Assembly: GCA_020137815.1 (NCBI GenBank)
Contig: CM035350.1
Location: forward strand, 1,426,001 to 1,490,000
Origin: Hormiphora californensis
Taxonomy: Eukaryota > Animalia > Ctenophora
Length of the DNA: 64,000 nucleotides
Reading direction: 5' to 3'
Part shown: positions 1 to 19,475 of the stretch, piece after piece
Numbering within the stretch: position 1 is the stretch's first letter
How the letters are laid out: every line of letters starts with the position of its first letter
Position numbers and translations under genes: made by a program
The notes under the pieces: generated by a model
Databases searched by the model: none
Seen by the model: only the letters and a program-made list of their open reading frames with translations
What the model was told of the DNA's origin: nothing

Positions 1-164
1 ACAATCTGTCAGTGTAATATTGTGTTTGTTCGTCTGATTTTACTGCACAACAAACCGGCTAGATAATCTCTCCTCACCTATCTCTCTCTCCTTGTCTAAT
101 GTCTACCATCACACAGTACACTACTAATTCTTATACTATTCTCTTTCTCTCTCTCTCTCTCTCT

Positions 165-238
<74 letters not shown>

Positions 239-289
239 TTTGCTTTGAATGTACAAAAGTAGCAATCACTCACATTCAAATTGATTGTT

Positions 290-5540
<5,251 letters not shown>

Positions 5541-5822
5541 AATGTCTTTGTGCGGTCCGTCCTATGTGCTTGACATTAAGAGCAGAAGAAAGCACAGCCG
5601 GGTTTTTCAAAAACAGTTTCTCAAAATTTTCGCAAAACTCAAAACTTTGGAATTTCCCAAATTTCAGATTTAGACTTTCGCAAGCGGAGCTTTGTTTGTA
5701 ACGCACGGACTTTTAATCATAAAGCGCCGCATTTTGAAAATATATTCACTCGCGCGCAACAACGCGACCCACAATTTTAAGATTTCAAGTTCGCTGGCCG
5801 AGTGACGTCACATCGCAAGTTA

Positions 5823-6118
5823 TAGGGATCCCTAAAAAAGTTCAGTATTTACACAGAGTTTACACAGTCTTTACACAGTCGTTACACCCAGAGCGCCCGC
5901 GCCGCTCTGGGTGTAAAGACTGCGTCTTTCGCACTCGATTTGCAGCGTTTTCGGAAACTTTTTTCGCCGCAGCGCTCAATTTACTCAATTGTGCAGCACA
6001 CAATCCAATCTTTTCTTAGAAAAAGCCGCAAAACGCAGCACGCGCCGCTCTGGGTGTAATGACTGTGTAAAGACTGTGTAAACTCTGTGTAAATACTGAA
6101 CTTTTTTAGGGATCCCTA
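5823..6118. mobile_element. MITE, TAGGGATCCCTAAAAAAG family (copy 1)
   Basis: ~55-bp TIRs tagggatccctaaaaaagttcagtatttacacag... / ...ctgtgtaaatactgaacttttttagggatcccta; a second family member lies at 34826-35027. Confidence 0.85.
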
Positions 6119-6121
6119 TAC

Positions 6122-6266
6122 TCCATTTTTTTTCAACTGTTCACCCCCCAAAGTCGTGCGCGGAATTTTTTTGCGCGTTTATCACATGTTAACGTGTAGC
6201 GCGCGCAGCGTAAATTAAAATATCGCACGCGCACGAGTTGGGGGGTGAACAGTTGAATAAAAATGG
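6122..6266. mobile_element. Small palindromic element/MITE abutting the previous MITE
   Basis: tccatttttttcaactgttcaccccc ... gggggtgaacagttgaataaaatgga inverted repeat; the same terminus recurs at ~6630-6658. Confidence 0.6.
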
Positions 6267-7296
6267 ACTTTACACACATTTTACACAGGCGGTTCCACAC
6301 ATGATGCTTCCTAAAACCGTATTATAACAAGGTAGAAAATTGGACCATGGCTCAATTAGGTTTTATGAATAAAGTTAACTGAATTTCAGCCCTCGGAGGC
6401 TAACTGGAGCCCCGTCCTTCGAATAACCATTGAGCATTGACCATGGCCGACAGTTGAAAAAATACTTATACCTTTACAATATTTTCATTGTCTATAACAT
6501 ATCTTGTCTTGAATTTAACCTTATAAATTCGAACATTTTAGCTGGGGCGATCACATTATAATTGCATTGAGATTTATGAAAATTAAAAATTTTGCTTAGA
6601 GTTTGGATATTATTTAAATTTCAGTTTTTGGGTGAACAGTTGAAAAAAAATGGACTTTAGTGATTAGAAGCCCATACATTATTAATCCACAGTCAATCTC
6701 TGCAAATATTTTTTGACGAAATGTGATCTTTTTGCGATTCAGCGATATATGATATGGATTGGGATATGAATGTCGATATCCGATTTCTGCTAACAATATT
6801 GAAATGTATCCTGGAATGGCGGAATGACTTCTCCAAATAGGATAGGAGGCGGGGGCTGACCAAAATATTTGGCGACGCCCTTCCAGCGAAAATTATCAGG
6901 CTTCTCTATATAATAATCATGATAATAGTGCTTCAGACGAAGCGACAGCGGAACTCAACATTTTTAGGAAGTAATTTTGATATCTCCTTCTGGTGCTGAT
7001 ACACACTCACGCCTTCTGTACAACAGGTTAAGGAGAGATTAATTCTGAATTTAAATGAAATCTGAGCAAGAACTAAATAGGGAAGAAATTAGAAAATTTT
7101 ATCCCCTACCTCCGGTTCTCGCTTGGAAGATAAGCTTTCTAAATTTGCACTGTCCTAAGAACTTTCACGGTATCGATTGACTTGTTTAAAGACTGCAGTC
7201 TACTGCGCGAAAGTGTTGGTTACGAAGTCACCCCTCCATGAGCAATAATAACAGAGGGGTAATTTCATTACCAAGCGAAAGTGTATGCTCTCACTC

Positions 7297-7500
7297 AAGT
7301 CGGATTTTTTGAAGTTGTCACCACGCACGGCGTGTGACAGCCCCCACTTCCTCTCATCGGAAAGAGCATAATTTTGTGAGTCCGTAAAATTTTTGTTTGA
7401 CGAAATTGGTCAAAAACAAAGGCGTAAGAGCCAAAACGAGTTTCCGGCACGCAAATAAAAAATCGCACCCAAGGGGTGACAACTTCAAAAAATCCGACTT
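7297..7500. mobile_element. MITE with AAGTCGGATTTTTTGAAGTTGTCACC TIRs
   Basis: ~26-bp inverted repeats; a shorter related copy lies at ~1913-1985. Confidence 0.7.
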
Positions 7501-7706
7501 TAGATCTCGTTTGCGAAGTTTGCGAAGTTAAAGTAAAACCCAAACTAAAAAGACTCTCACTTGGGTTATGTCAAATTTCCCACGGTCATTGCTCCATTTC
7601 AAGTTTTAGTTTTGGGTTTTAACTTTTACTTAAATACTTACATTTTTGCTTTTTTACGAATTGCCCTTAAAACCACCCTAACTCCCTCATCTCACGATCT
7701 AGTTGA

Positions 7707-10700
7707 ATGTCAAACAAAGACGATCCCTTGAATGGGTCAGGAGGAGGGGCCAGTCAAGACACCCTTCCCTTCGCATATTTAGCATCAGTCGCTACAATCC
7801 CTCAAGTTCACCCGTACAGTGCATACCAGAACCTACCGGATCAAGGAGTGAGAGTACAGAACTATGATCAGGGCCGGCTGTATCTAGCTCCTACTTCTGG
7901 CACTGCTAATAATCAGGGTAGTTACAGTAATGTGACGGATAGCCAGGGAGGCAGTTACAATACCAGTGCAGGAGGTTACATTTCCAATCCTGGGGGTTAT
8001 TCTGCTGGTCAGGGGTCATCAGGATTTAGTAACACACAGTACTATAACGACCAGCCGTATTCTGCATACACATCAGGAGCAGCAGCTGGTAGTGGTGATA
8101 CAACCAACTACCACTCTCAACAACAGAGGTACCATCATGGTCAGTATACAACATACCACCAGAGTTACCAGGACCCGACCCACCAGTATGCGGGATACCC
8201 TCAGCAGCAGCAGCAGCAGTACCAACAGGAACCATACCCACCAGGTACAAGCCAGCAGACACCACAATATGCCACTCAGCTGTTAGTCAGTCCTGCACCC
8301 AAGAAACCCAGGAATAGTAGTAGTGCCTCTAAACGCCGCAAAACATCCACCCCATCAGAAGGCAAACCGGCTCCAAAACCAAGGTCCAGGTCGTCAGGGA
8401 CAACCAAACCAAGGGAACCAGGTAGTACCGCCCCAAAACCTAAAGGTAGGACACCCCGTCCTTTCAAGGATGTCTCTGTTCAGACAAGTGGCTGGAAATT
8501 CATGTCCGAGATAGGATCCATAGAGAAGATGAAAGCAGTCAACAAGGACAAACAAATGTCTAAATCGGCCATGTTGGGTCTACTCCGGGCCGTGTTTAAG
8601 AGGTTCAAGGGTGCCATTGAGAAAAAGGGTCATGAAGGGATTCAGGATCACAAGGGCTTCATGGTGTCAGTTACCAAGGACTTGATAACGTGGGTAAATG
8701 ACGTCATTATCGACCGAACCAGACCAACATGTCTGCTGTGCGAGAAGAACTTCCCCACAGGGACTGTAAAGAAACACATCATCATATCCTGTCCGGCTGT
8801 CCAGGCAGTCTTCCAGGATGTTGTTATTGGGGCCCAATCCTTACCCGCCCCAACCCCACCCGCACCCCCGGAACGGTCCGTTAACTCGGTGATAGTCAGT
8901 GACATGTTCTCTCGGGAGTACTTCCATTGTCGGGGTGTGTCAGAGTTGAGGCATGTGTGTACGTTCTGTGGGGACAAGATACCAGGAGGAGGATCAGGAG
9001 ATGATGGGGTATCATTCAGTGCTAGTCATCTAATGGAGGGGTGTATTGTGTTCCGACAGTTTGTGATATTCCACGAGAAACCCTCCGTACTGAGTGTCTC
9101 TCAAAGAATGGGTACCTCCTGGACATTTCTCTACTATTATTGCCTCCTTAACTTCTTCATCCTGAACTTCAAGCAGGACCTTCACAACCTGTCATTTGTA
9201 AGGGAGAACAAGGGAATGTTTGTGGTCCGAGCCTTGGAGCTGGTGGTTGGGAGGGCAGTGGAGGGATGTGATCAGAGTTGTCCACTGTGCGGGACACCCA
9301 TCACCTTTAACCTCACTCTAAAACACCACCTGGTATACGCGTTGTGTCCCGTGCTTCAGGAGCTGTACAGTGACATGAAGACACATGTTCAGTTTAGTTG
9401 GACACGGGAGCAGGCCACTAAACGGAAGATAAGTTGTGTCTTCCAAACCTTCCTATCCCACCAACCTCTGGAGCGACCCCTGAAAATCAAACAAACCTAC
9501 ATTAGTGATGACCTGGGGAACGAGTTACTGGCTAATGCGATGTTGTTCCTATCCCTCGATAACCAATTCACTCTCCAGTTCTATAAGACACCTAAAGACC
9601 ATGGTGTCGCTAAGATTATTGAGGATGTTCAGGAGGCCTGGGCTGTTAAGATGGTGGCAGAGCATGGATCTGAGAGGAAGGAGACGGAGTGTCCCTTTTG
9701 TGAGGTCAACTTCAATAGCGCTAAGAACCTCCTCAAACACTTCATGTATATCTCGTGTAAGGTGCTGAGGGCGTTATGTGCCCAGATCTACAGATACCTG
9801 CCCGTACTAGACTGGGACTGTCTCACTACCAGTTTCCCCTCTACCAAACACGCCAATCTAATAGTCCAGGAGGCCATCAAGAGGGGTGAGATAGAGATCT
9901 TACTAAAGATAGACATCCTCTCTGAGTATCTGTCCATTGTGACAGGCAAGTTTCTGAATATGAACCTAACAAGTGAGGTCAGGGAGGTGTTGTTTGGTGA
10001 TGCACCTGTAGACCCCCTTCCAGATGTAAACTCTCCAGAAATGGCGGTACTCCATGACCTGGTGGCATGGGCTAAGAAGTATATCATGAAGAAGCGATCT
10101 GGTCCTACTTGCCCTCTTTGTTTTGAAGATATTGGTGTCAATAACCGCCTACCTCACATCGCCCTCGGGGCGTGCCAGTATCTTAGACAGTTCCTCACCA
10201 TATCTGCAGAGGTTCACAGGGTTAACAATATCTTTAACACCAAGTCTGTGTCGGATGATCGACCAGCCACACTCAGCCCAGCCCGGGTCCAACTACAGAC
10301 CCTCCTTGGAAATGTTAGGAATATCCTATTTGAGTGTACGTCAGACCACGGGGATTGGTATGGTAGTGAGGTGGTGCTTGAAGAATGGCTGAGTGAGTCA
10401 CAGGAGTGGTATACTTCTCACCAGAGGAACCTGTCCCAGTACATCTCCAGTAGTAGTGGGGACACTATGTGCCAGTTTTGTTTTGTAGTTCAACCCTCAC
10501 AGAATGCACTGTTGGTCCATGTGTTGTTCCTTCAGTGTCCGACTCTTAGGACATTCAGTGAGCTTACCAAACATGAGTGGGAGAGGACTGTCGGACCCAT
10601 TGCAATGGGGGAGGGAGAGGAGGGGAGACAGAAATCAAGACCAAAGAAACTACTTCCGATCCTGCAACAACTCTTCTACCTGTACGATGCTAACCCTAAT

Positions 10701-13700
10701 TGTATCCTAAACAGATCCACAGTTACCGAACTATCAGATGGACCCAATCTGGCAACACTAGGGTTCATCTCCAACTACTGGCTACAAGATGTTATGGTTG
10801 ATGGGGTTTGTGGGATCTGCGGGACGTCCTCTCCTAAACACCTCTGGTTTGAAGAAGATGCAGCGGGGTGTTCTGTAGTCAGAGAGTTTCTGGGATCTTT
10901 TAGGGAGTTGGTGGGCCGTAAAAAACACGGCGGTGGTGGTGGGGAGGTGGGAGGTGCTATTACCACTGCATTTACCTCTACTGACCTGTTTGAGATACGC
11001 AGATTTGGGATGGAGATGATATCTAGAATGAAGGAGAAGGAAAGCAATAGGAACGAGATACTATCACCCACTGTCCTAACAGATATCAAACAATCAGTCC
11101 TCCAGACGCTAAACAGTTACCCTAACTATGATGGCTCCATGGAGTCATTCAAACACCAGCTCAGCTCCTCCCAATCCTTTCTCTCTGCCAGGTTTGATAT
11201 CGCTGAGAAGATCTCCCTCTCCAAGACATGTTGTCTGTGTGAGATCACCTTCCCTAGTGAGAAAGATGTCCAGTTTCACCTTGTTACATTTGAGTGTCGT
11301 GTCATGCTACAGCTTCTCACCCAGATCAAAACTACAGATGAACTGGACCGGCAACACGTCAAATCAGATCTGATTAATGCGTACAAGAGGACTGTCTCTG
11401 TGATAAAGGAGAAATACCCCAAACTAAGAGAAGGGAATCTATTGACAGTGATGGGGGTTCACGATGCTGAATGCCACAGGAGACTCCTTAACTTCATCAA
11501 ATCAAAACTTCCCTCTCAGAACCCTTACACGTGTGTGTTCTGTGATTCAGGGGACTTTACCAGCTTCGTTGGGATCTTCACACACTACCAAAAGTTGGGT
11601 TGTACGGGGTTGAAGCGATGTCACGGCCAGATCTCATTCTCGACCCTGGACCCTGCTACTGCTCATCCCTTCCTGATAGCCCTCTCCTCCGTGTTTGCAG
11701 ACTGTACAGCATCCCAGGGTATAAGATCCATGAAGGCATTCCAGACCCACTTCACAAATACCAACACCCAATCTGATCTGTTTGAGTTCTGGGTTACCAA
11801 CTACTGCAACTCCCTGGTTCCCTATTGTCCCTTCTGTGAGCAGGGTCTACTCACGCTGACCATGGTGCGGAGCCACTGTAAAACATGTACCAGACTGAAG
11901 GAGATCAACCTGGAGGTGTTGCAGAGCGATGGTCAGGGAGAGGAAGATTATCTGAAGCAACAATCACTCATGTCCTGCAAGTTTACTGGTGAGTCGAGAG
12001 AGGCGAGAATGGAGTCGAGATAGAGAGAGGCATTGTTGCTCTAACTGAGCTTGTTCAATACTGCATTCCCATTCCCCCTCTTGAATCTGACTCTGACCAA
12101 TCCCCCAGGTACCCTCCCTGAGTCAGTGCGAGAGGAACAAGAGGGTGTACCATTCATCCAGAGACTCAGCTGTACCCAATACAAGAGGTGGATACCCCTC
12201 TGTCTGGATTGTGTACAGCAGGACCAGGACGATGATACATGCAGGTTCTTGTGCTTCAGGAAACTTGTCAAGAGGGAGGGAAGATTGAATGTAGTGGACT
12301 TTGAGAGCTCTACAACAAGTGCTAACCTCATGAACTGGATTCCTGCAGGTTGGTTTGTAGTTTTGGGATTCCTTTACAGGTGGGCATGCTGTTCTGGGTA
12401 GTTCTAGAGGGTTTTGGGTGACCCCTTTTGGCCTAGAATGTTCTGTTGAATTCTATCAAGGAAATTCGATAGACATTGTGATGATACACTCGTTATACAC
12501 CAGGTGTGATGGTATACACCAGGTGTTCTTTTATCTTCTAGAACAGCTGAAATTACTACTATAGCACCCGATTATACCCAGTTTCCCTGTGGTGGCAGAT
12601 CACACGCACCACACGTTATCCCCTGTTTACAAGTAACAAACCCCCTCCAGCTCCCAGCTCAACTCGTATCACACCACTCCTAACTACTAACCCCCTCCCC
12701 AGGTTGTGAGGGCAATACTGAACTAACTATAGAACCAGCCCGATACATACTCCGTCACCTCTTGCCCCACTTCAACAAGATGATGACAGTCGAATTGTGG
12801 GAACTGGAAAACGCCAGGGATATACGTGAGTTCCATACCCCTAGGATTTAGGAAATACTGCCTTATTGGTTACGTTATTACCCAGTCAGAAAAGTGTATT
12901 TTCGCTACCAATAGAAGTTAGGACTGTTAGTCCTCACTGGACTGATGGCATGCCCTCCAAAAAGTCTTGATCGGTCTTGATCGAGGGTGTTGGATCTTCT
13001 CCCTTCCACAGCAACATTGGATTGTCAGACTAAATTGACAAATTACCCCAGGTTTGAAGCACCAAGTAAAGAACGTCAGAGAGTTGTGTGACAGTTGTAC
13101 CACCACACTGTTTAACGTCCACCTGTTCTGTCCCCGGTGTGGTTTTGTCATCTGTATGGACTGTTACAAGGACCGCCTGGCAGGTAACCGCGGGAGAGAG
13201 ATTCAGAGAGAGTGCAAGAGTGAATGAGTGACCGGTAAAAGTGAGATACATAGATAAACGTGGAGAGAGAGGATGGTTTGTTGTTGGCGCCGCGCGGACC
13301 GAAACCATCCCATTTTGCAGGCTGTTTGTAATAAAAGCAAACAATTTTCTATCGCGCGCGCAGCCCTCTCCCTCCAATCATGAAACCCTGAAACTAACTG
13401 TTATCAGACCGGATATCCACTCTGATACCTGTTTCCGCTTTTGCTTTTGAGTGTTTATAACACCACCCCCATCACCAGGTCTGATATCAATTGGTTTGTC
13501 TGACTGTAGCGACGGGAGTGCTCACAACCTGAAAGCTCTAGAGACATGCGTGACGATCCCACCTAATGCAGTGAAACAGTTATCTTCAGCGGTGGAGGGT
13601 GCTAAAGAGCAGCACTGTATATCCGTCACTGATCTACCCTTCAACCAGACCCCTTCTGATGGTAATACAACATTGTGTTTAGTCTTTAGATGACAACCCA

Positions 13701-16700
13701 TTTCCCACCCTTTGTTTTGTTGGACCAGTCTTAGTGGGCCCTTTGTTTTGAAATCAGCAGCCCATTTTGTAACTTACCAGAGGTTCCCTAACCCCCCTTT
13801 TTTCAGAGGTTCCTCATGATTTGTTCTGTTACGGGCAAGTGTTGGCGTTAAAGAACAGCAATGACCCCCGCAACATCCCACTCTTCCAAAAGTACCTTCA
13901 CAAAGGGAACGCAGTGGTTGTACAGGGTGTTCATAGGGACCGGGATAACGAACTCTGGCATCCTTCCAGCTTCAGCAAACACTTTGGTAAATATTTCCAT
14001 TCTATGAGATCATTCTGTTCTTGGAGTGCCAAGTGATGTAACTAGAAGGGGACTATTATTTTATAGAGGAATAGAGAAGGGAAATAACTAGACGGATAGT
14101 CTTTTTAGAGACTATTAGAGAAGCGAAAACATAACAATATTTTATCCTGTAGGTTTGGAACGAGAGCTTGTGGTGAATACCTCTACTCTGGAGGTCCACC
14201 GGTTACCACTCAAGGACTTCTTTGATGGATTTGAGAATGTCCATGAGCGGCCCCGAAATGAGAACGGTGATCCAATGATTCTAAAACTGAAGGACTGGCC
14301 TACAACTTGGGACTTCAAGGATAAACTGCCACAGTGGTCAGTATACCCAGAACCACTGATACTACTCAACTTGTATCTCTCTTAACCCTATCTAGTCCAC
14401 TCCATCATTCCCCCAATCCTGACCCCTCTCCAGGTATGCAGATTTCATGGAGGTGATCCCTCTAAAGGAGTATACACTACGGGACGGTATCTACAACATA
14501 GCCCGCTACCTCCCCAATATCTACTGCACCCCTGATCTAGGACCCAAGATGTATATTGCATACAGCAACGCCAACAATCCAGACGGTACGTGATTACATG
14601 ATTCAGTTGAGAAAGAGGGCCAATTAAGAAAATTAGATTCTTTGTGAATTTGATTGAGCGCAACAGAGCGTGTAGCTTAGTTAATCTTGTACTAAACACA
14701 CCTCTAACCCTGCAGAGGGTAGCACGGTGCTGCATATAGACATCTCTGATGCAGCCAACATCATCATGTACGTGGGTCAGTCACAAGATGTCGTTATCAA
14801 CTACCAGGATGAGGGAGAGGGGAAGGAATCCAACCCCACCAACTCTGAAAGTGGAACTAATAGCAGTCTGAAGAGGAGGGTCTACAATCTGAGACAACTG
14901 TGTGAGGATGCTGATGATGTTCAGATTGAGAGAATTAGGAGAGAGAGGCTGAAGATAGGGGCACTATGGCATATCTTCCATCCTAACGATATTGATAAGA
15001 TACGGCACTTTATACACAAAGTCCTGGATGAGAGGGGACAGTCGTTACCGGCGGGACATGATCCCATTCACGATCAGACCATCTATCTGGACCGGGCTAT
15101 GAGGAAACGATTACAACAGGTATTGAGGGATAGATACTGACCGACTCACGGACCCACGATCTTCCTTCATTCTTGTTCTCAATATATTATTTCACTAGGC
15201 AGTAGGGGTTGCTAAGTCGGAATGAATCGCCATGAATCATATTTCCTGTTATTCATTGGGTAATTATCTACTGATATCCGGAGTTTCAGCCCAAACGGTT
15301 GAGCCACTAAGGATCGCAAGCCACTTTTGTGACCCTTGTTTTTGCTGTTTATTGCAGTGCGCATGGGTTGTATTCGTGCACATACGGTTGTATAGTATAA
15401 AATTGGGTCTTTATAGTCAAATATCGCTATGAATCATATTTCCTGTTATTGATTGGGTAATTATCTACAGATATCCGGAGTTTCAGCCCAAACGGTTGAG
15501 CCACTAAGGATCGCAAGCCACTTTTGTGACCCTTGTTTTTGGTGAAAAATCGGGAAAAAATCGGGAAAAATTTTTTAAATTTTAAAATTTCAAAACACGG
15601 AAATTAGTTCATAGAACATCCCAATACATGTGCAAGACTTTAAAATTGAGTATTCAAAAATTTCAACTTAGCAACCCCTACTAGGCAGGCTACTTATAAT
15701 TTTATGTCATGTAGTTGGCCCACTTCCCCTATACTACTACTAATCCTTATTCCAGGATTACGGTGTAAAGGGATGGGCTATAGTCCAGTGTGAGGGTGAT
15801 GCAGTCATGATTCCAGCTGGGGCTCCACATCAGGTAATTAGTTGATTAATAATTAGTGCATAATTAGAGGAATCTCCGTAACACTCAAGCACCAGGTCTA
15901 AATACATCCCCCTCCATTAGGTACGCAACCTGCAGAGCTGTATCAAGATTGCTGAGGACTTTGTGTCCCCGGAGAGGGTTCAGTTTTGTCTGAAGTACAC
16001 TGAGGAGATCAGACATCTGACAAAACAACACTGCAACCAGGAGGATAAATTACAGGTAGGGAGAGAGATAGCAGGTAGGAGAGAGGGCATATAATTTTGT
16101 GCCCCTGCTAAAGCTGGACCTTTTCCCGTTTGTGTTCCCTAAACCCCCCTCCCTTTTTAGATCAAGAACCTGGTATACCATGGTGTGAAGGATTGTGTCT
16201 CAGTGCTCCAGGACACTAAGGGGACTGACACACACAAGGGAGGGTGTAACTGCCACTCGGCTGGCCCCAATCCCAGTAACTCCCCCGACCCCCGGGATCT
16301 TGTTATTGAGCGGCTGAAGAATGAACTGAGTGAGGTTAAGAGTGCTGCAGTCACGGAGAAGGAGAGCTTCCAACAACTACTCAGCTCTCAAGAGGTATTG
16401 GTATTTTCTGTTTGGATAAACTGTTTGTTAGTTAAACATGTTATGTTTGTTGTGACATGTTAGACATGTTAGATGTTAACTCTGTGTTAACTACTACTTC
16501 TCACATTTCAGTTGAGTCTGATGAACGCCAGGAACTTCTTCGAACTGGAACGGAAGAACCACAAGGAACTAAAGGGCAAATACGACAAGTTGAAGCAAAG
16601 CCAGCGAATCAGATCAGCTGACCTATCTGTGTTCAACCCTCCCCCTGCCCACGATGCCAGACCTGTTGACCACCAGAACAACAGTACCTCTACCAGAAGA

Positions 16701-19475
16701 CCACACAGTAGTGTTGGGAGTGGGGGAGGTAGTGTGCCGATACGGAAACCTGAACCACGTCCATACAAACCCAGTAGTAGTAGTGGTAGTGTTAGTAAGG
16801 AACGGTCTCGTCGTGGCTCCTCCTCCTCTGTACTGCCTCCAGGAAGTGTGATCCCTGCCCGTCCCATTTCAATTGTCCCAGTAACTCCCCCCAGTAACAC
16901 ATCTACCGCTGCGGCGATGTCTCGGGATCCCCGGCTTCTACCCCGACCCCCAACTCGAACCATTGTTCCCAAACCACCCGGCCAGAAAAGGAAGATCACC
17001 TATGCTATGTATTCTGAGCAGCAGCGCCGTGGAACTAGCGATCAACCTACCAAACCATCCACACCAAGCAGCAGCAGTGCTAAGATTGATCAGATTGGAC
17101 TACCAACACCCCAACAGCGTCCTGAACCCTCCGAAATGGTACCCAAATCTGCCTTCCAGGGTGTTGAAAATGCAGTGCAGGACCTGAGAAAGAAGCAACC
17201 CGCACCACCGCCAAGAGTACGGAAAACTCCAGAGACCCCGGAACCGATGGATTGTAACCAGGATAGCTGCAGTCCTCGGCCTGGTTCAGCTGCCATCTCA
17301 GCACCTCCCAGTGCCAGTTCGTCCTTCCCCCTGGCCAACTTTACTGCCCACCAGGTGTCCAAGGTGCCCGTTATACCTGGACCCATCAGTAGCCCATCTG
17401 TGTCCCCAGGGTTCAACCCCAAATCTCTCAACCTCCTCATCTCGTCCCCCAAACAACCAGCTATCTTTGTGAAGGGTGAGAAGAGAGAGGACACATTCAG
17501 GCAGATGATCCACCGTCCAGTGATCAAGACTGAGCTGATGACGCCTCCCAATGAGAAACACCCTGCTACACCCTCCCCTCCTCCACCCCCACCCGTCTAC
17601 TCAACACCCCCTGCCACCAGTGCTGCTGCAGCCCAAGATCCCATCCGGTCTGCAATGACAACTCCATCAGATCAGGACCAGACAGTGACCTCATCAGACC
17701 ATCTTGTATCCTCCTCCGAACCAGTCTCCTCCTCTCCCTCTGTACCTGATCAAGAGGAAGTGTCCTCAACCACAGAACAGGCCAACCAGAGCGATGGTAG
17801 CTCCTATGCTCCCCCTGACCCTCAGAAGGTGGTTATATTTGATTCCAGCCTCCTCTCTCGACTTACTAAAACCCGAATGAACCCTTTATTGAGGAACCGA
17901 TCTGGTGGTGGTGAGAGTATCTCGACTCATGTCTCCCCTGTCTCACCAGCTGAGACGCCGCCTCCCTTCCCTAGTGACCCTCCACCGCCACAACAACCCC
18001 CTCCTCCTCCTCCACCTCTACCTCCTCCCTGCACCCCACCCCTCCCAGAAGTCAGGCCATGTACCCCACCCCTCCCAGAGGTCACGCCATGTACCCCTCC
18101 CCTTCCCATGCCAGCAGCCAGGTCAGGCACCCCTGTAGGTAACCCTGGAGTAGCTACACCTGAGAAGGCTGGCCAGGAAAGGGATAGTTCACCTGCTACA
18201 CGGTCCCCTACCCCAACTTCGGAAATTAGGAAGTCGCCTCCACAAAAAGAGAGAAGGTGCTCAAAAGATGATGATCGAATACCCCGCAGAACACCATCTC
18301 ACTCTGCTAAAAACGATGATATCAGTTTGAGACGTAACAAAGATAGGAGAGATTCGGATCGGAAGGATGAGGCCAGATCTCGGCATGAAATATCGCCCAG
18401 AGAAGAGAGAAGAAGGAGTAGAGATACTAAATCTTCTGATCGTGAGGGTAGCAAAACGCCAAGTCATGGGACACAAAACCACAACGATGAAAGGACTCCC
18501 AGCAAAGATGCGGCTAGGACGCCAAGTAAAGATGCGGCTAGGACGCCCAGCAAAGATGCGACTAGGACGCCAAGTAAAGATGCGACTAGGACTCCCAGTA
18601 AAGATGCGGCTAGGACGCCAAGTAAAGATGCGACTAGGACGCCCAGCAAAGATGCGGCTAGGACGCCCAGTAAAGATGCGACTAGGACGCCATGTAAAGA
18701 TGCGGCTAGGACGCCCAGCAAAGATATGACTAGGACACCTAACAAAGATGATATGGTACACAGAAAGTCCAGATCCCTTGACAAATCTCCAACCAAGAAA
18801 CCTCTCTCAAAAGAAGATAGGTCGTCATCACGAGGGGAGAGGACAAAAGATCGTCTAAAAGAAGAGAGATCTTCGTCCCAAGAAAGCAGCACCAGATCAT
18901 CTAGGGACAGATCGTCTTCTTCCCGGAAAAGTGAGCCTGTTGCCCGTGAGAGAAGATCAGAGAGGAAGGTGAAAAGGAAACCATCCCCCAAACCTGTGGT
19001 GAGGAGAAGTTCAACTCGAGATCGAACAGTCAGGATAAACCATCGAGTCCCGGCTGTACCAATGAAACCTCCCCCTCCCTCCCCTCCACCCCCTCCCTCC
19101 CCTCCACCCCATGTTGAGGAGGAACACCCCGAACCACGCGGTAGGAGGACCTCAAAAAGGTACCGGAAACGGAGGTCCTCCTCTGGTTCTGATGAGACTG
19201 TTGTGGTAAAACCCAGAACTAAGGAACCATCAGATCAGATGACCTCTCCCAGCCAGATCACATCACCTCCTCCTCCTCCTGATGTTAGGGAGGTATCACC
19301 TGAGTGGACGGACCCCCAATACCAGAGACGGCACACCGATCCTGTCCGGAAATACCGGATGAGAAACAGATCTGGGGGACAATTTATTGACCGGAAAAGG
19401 TCTAACGAGAGACAGAGATCTCCCCCTTCATCTTCCTCTAATGATCGGTATAAGAGATCTAGAAATAGGACATGA
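7707..19475 (+). CDS. KDM3: KDM3/JMJD1-family JmjC histone H3K9 demethylase (multi-exon) with N-terminal C2HC zinc-finger array and C-terminal Pro/Arg/Ser-rich extension
   Basis: KDM3 zinc finger [30 protein letters not shown] (~13078-13170). JmjC motifs [90 protein letters not shown], with H-x-D...H iron ligands intact. First coding exon 7707-11988; exon 16161-16394 splices in phase 0 to terminal exon 16512-19475. Confidence 0.9.
15203..15680. mobile_element. hAT-type MITE in KDM3 intron
   Basis: TIRs TAGGGGTTGCTAAGT / ACTTAGCAACCCCTA with perfect 8-bp TSD CTAGGCAG (15195-15202, 15681-15688); internal ~110-bp direct duplication. Confidence 0.9.
18492..18755 (+). repeat. Coding minisatellite, 11 x 24 bp (RTPSKDA[A/T])
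   Basis: aggacgccmagyaaagatgcgrct units within the KDM3 terminal exon. Confidence 0.95.
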
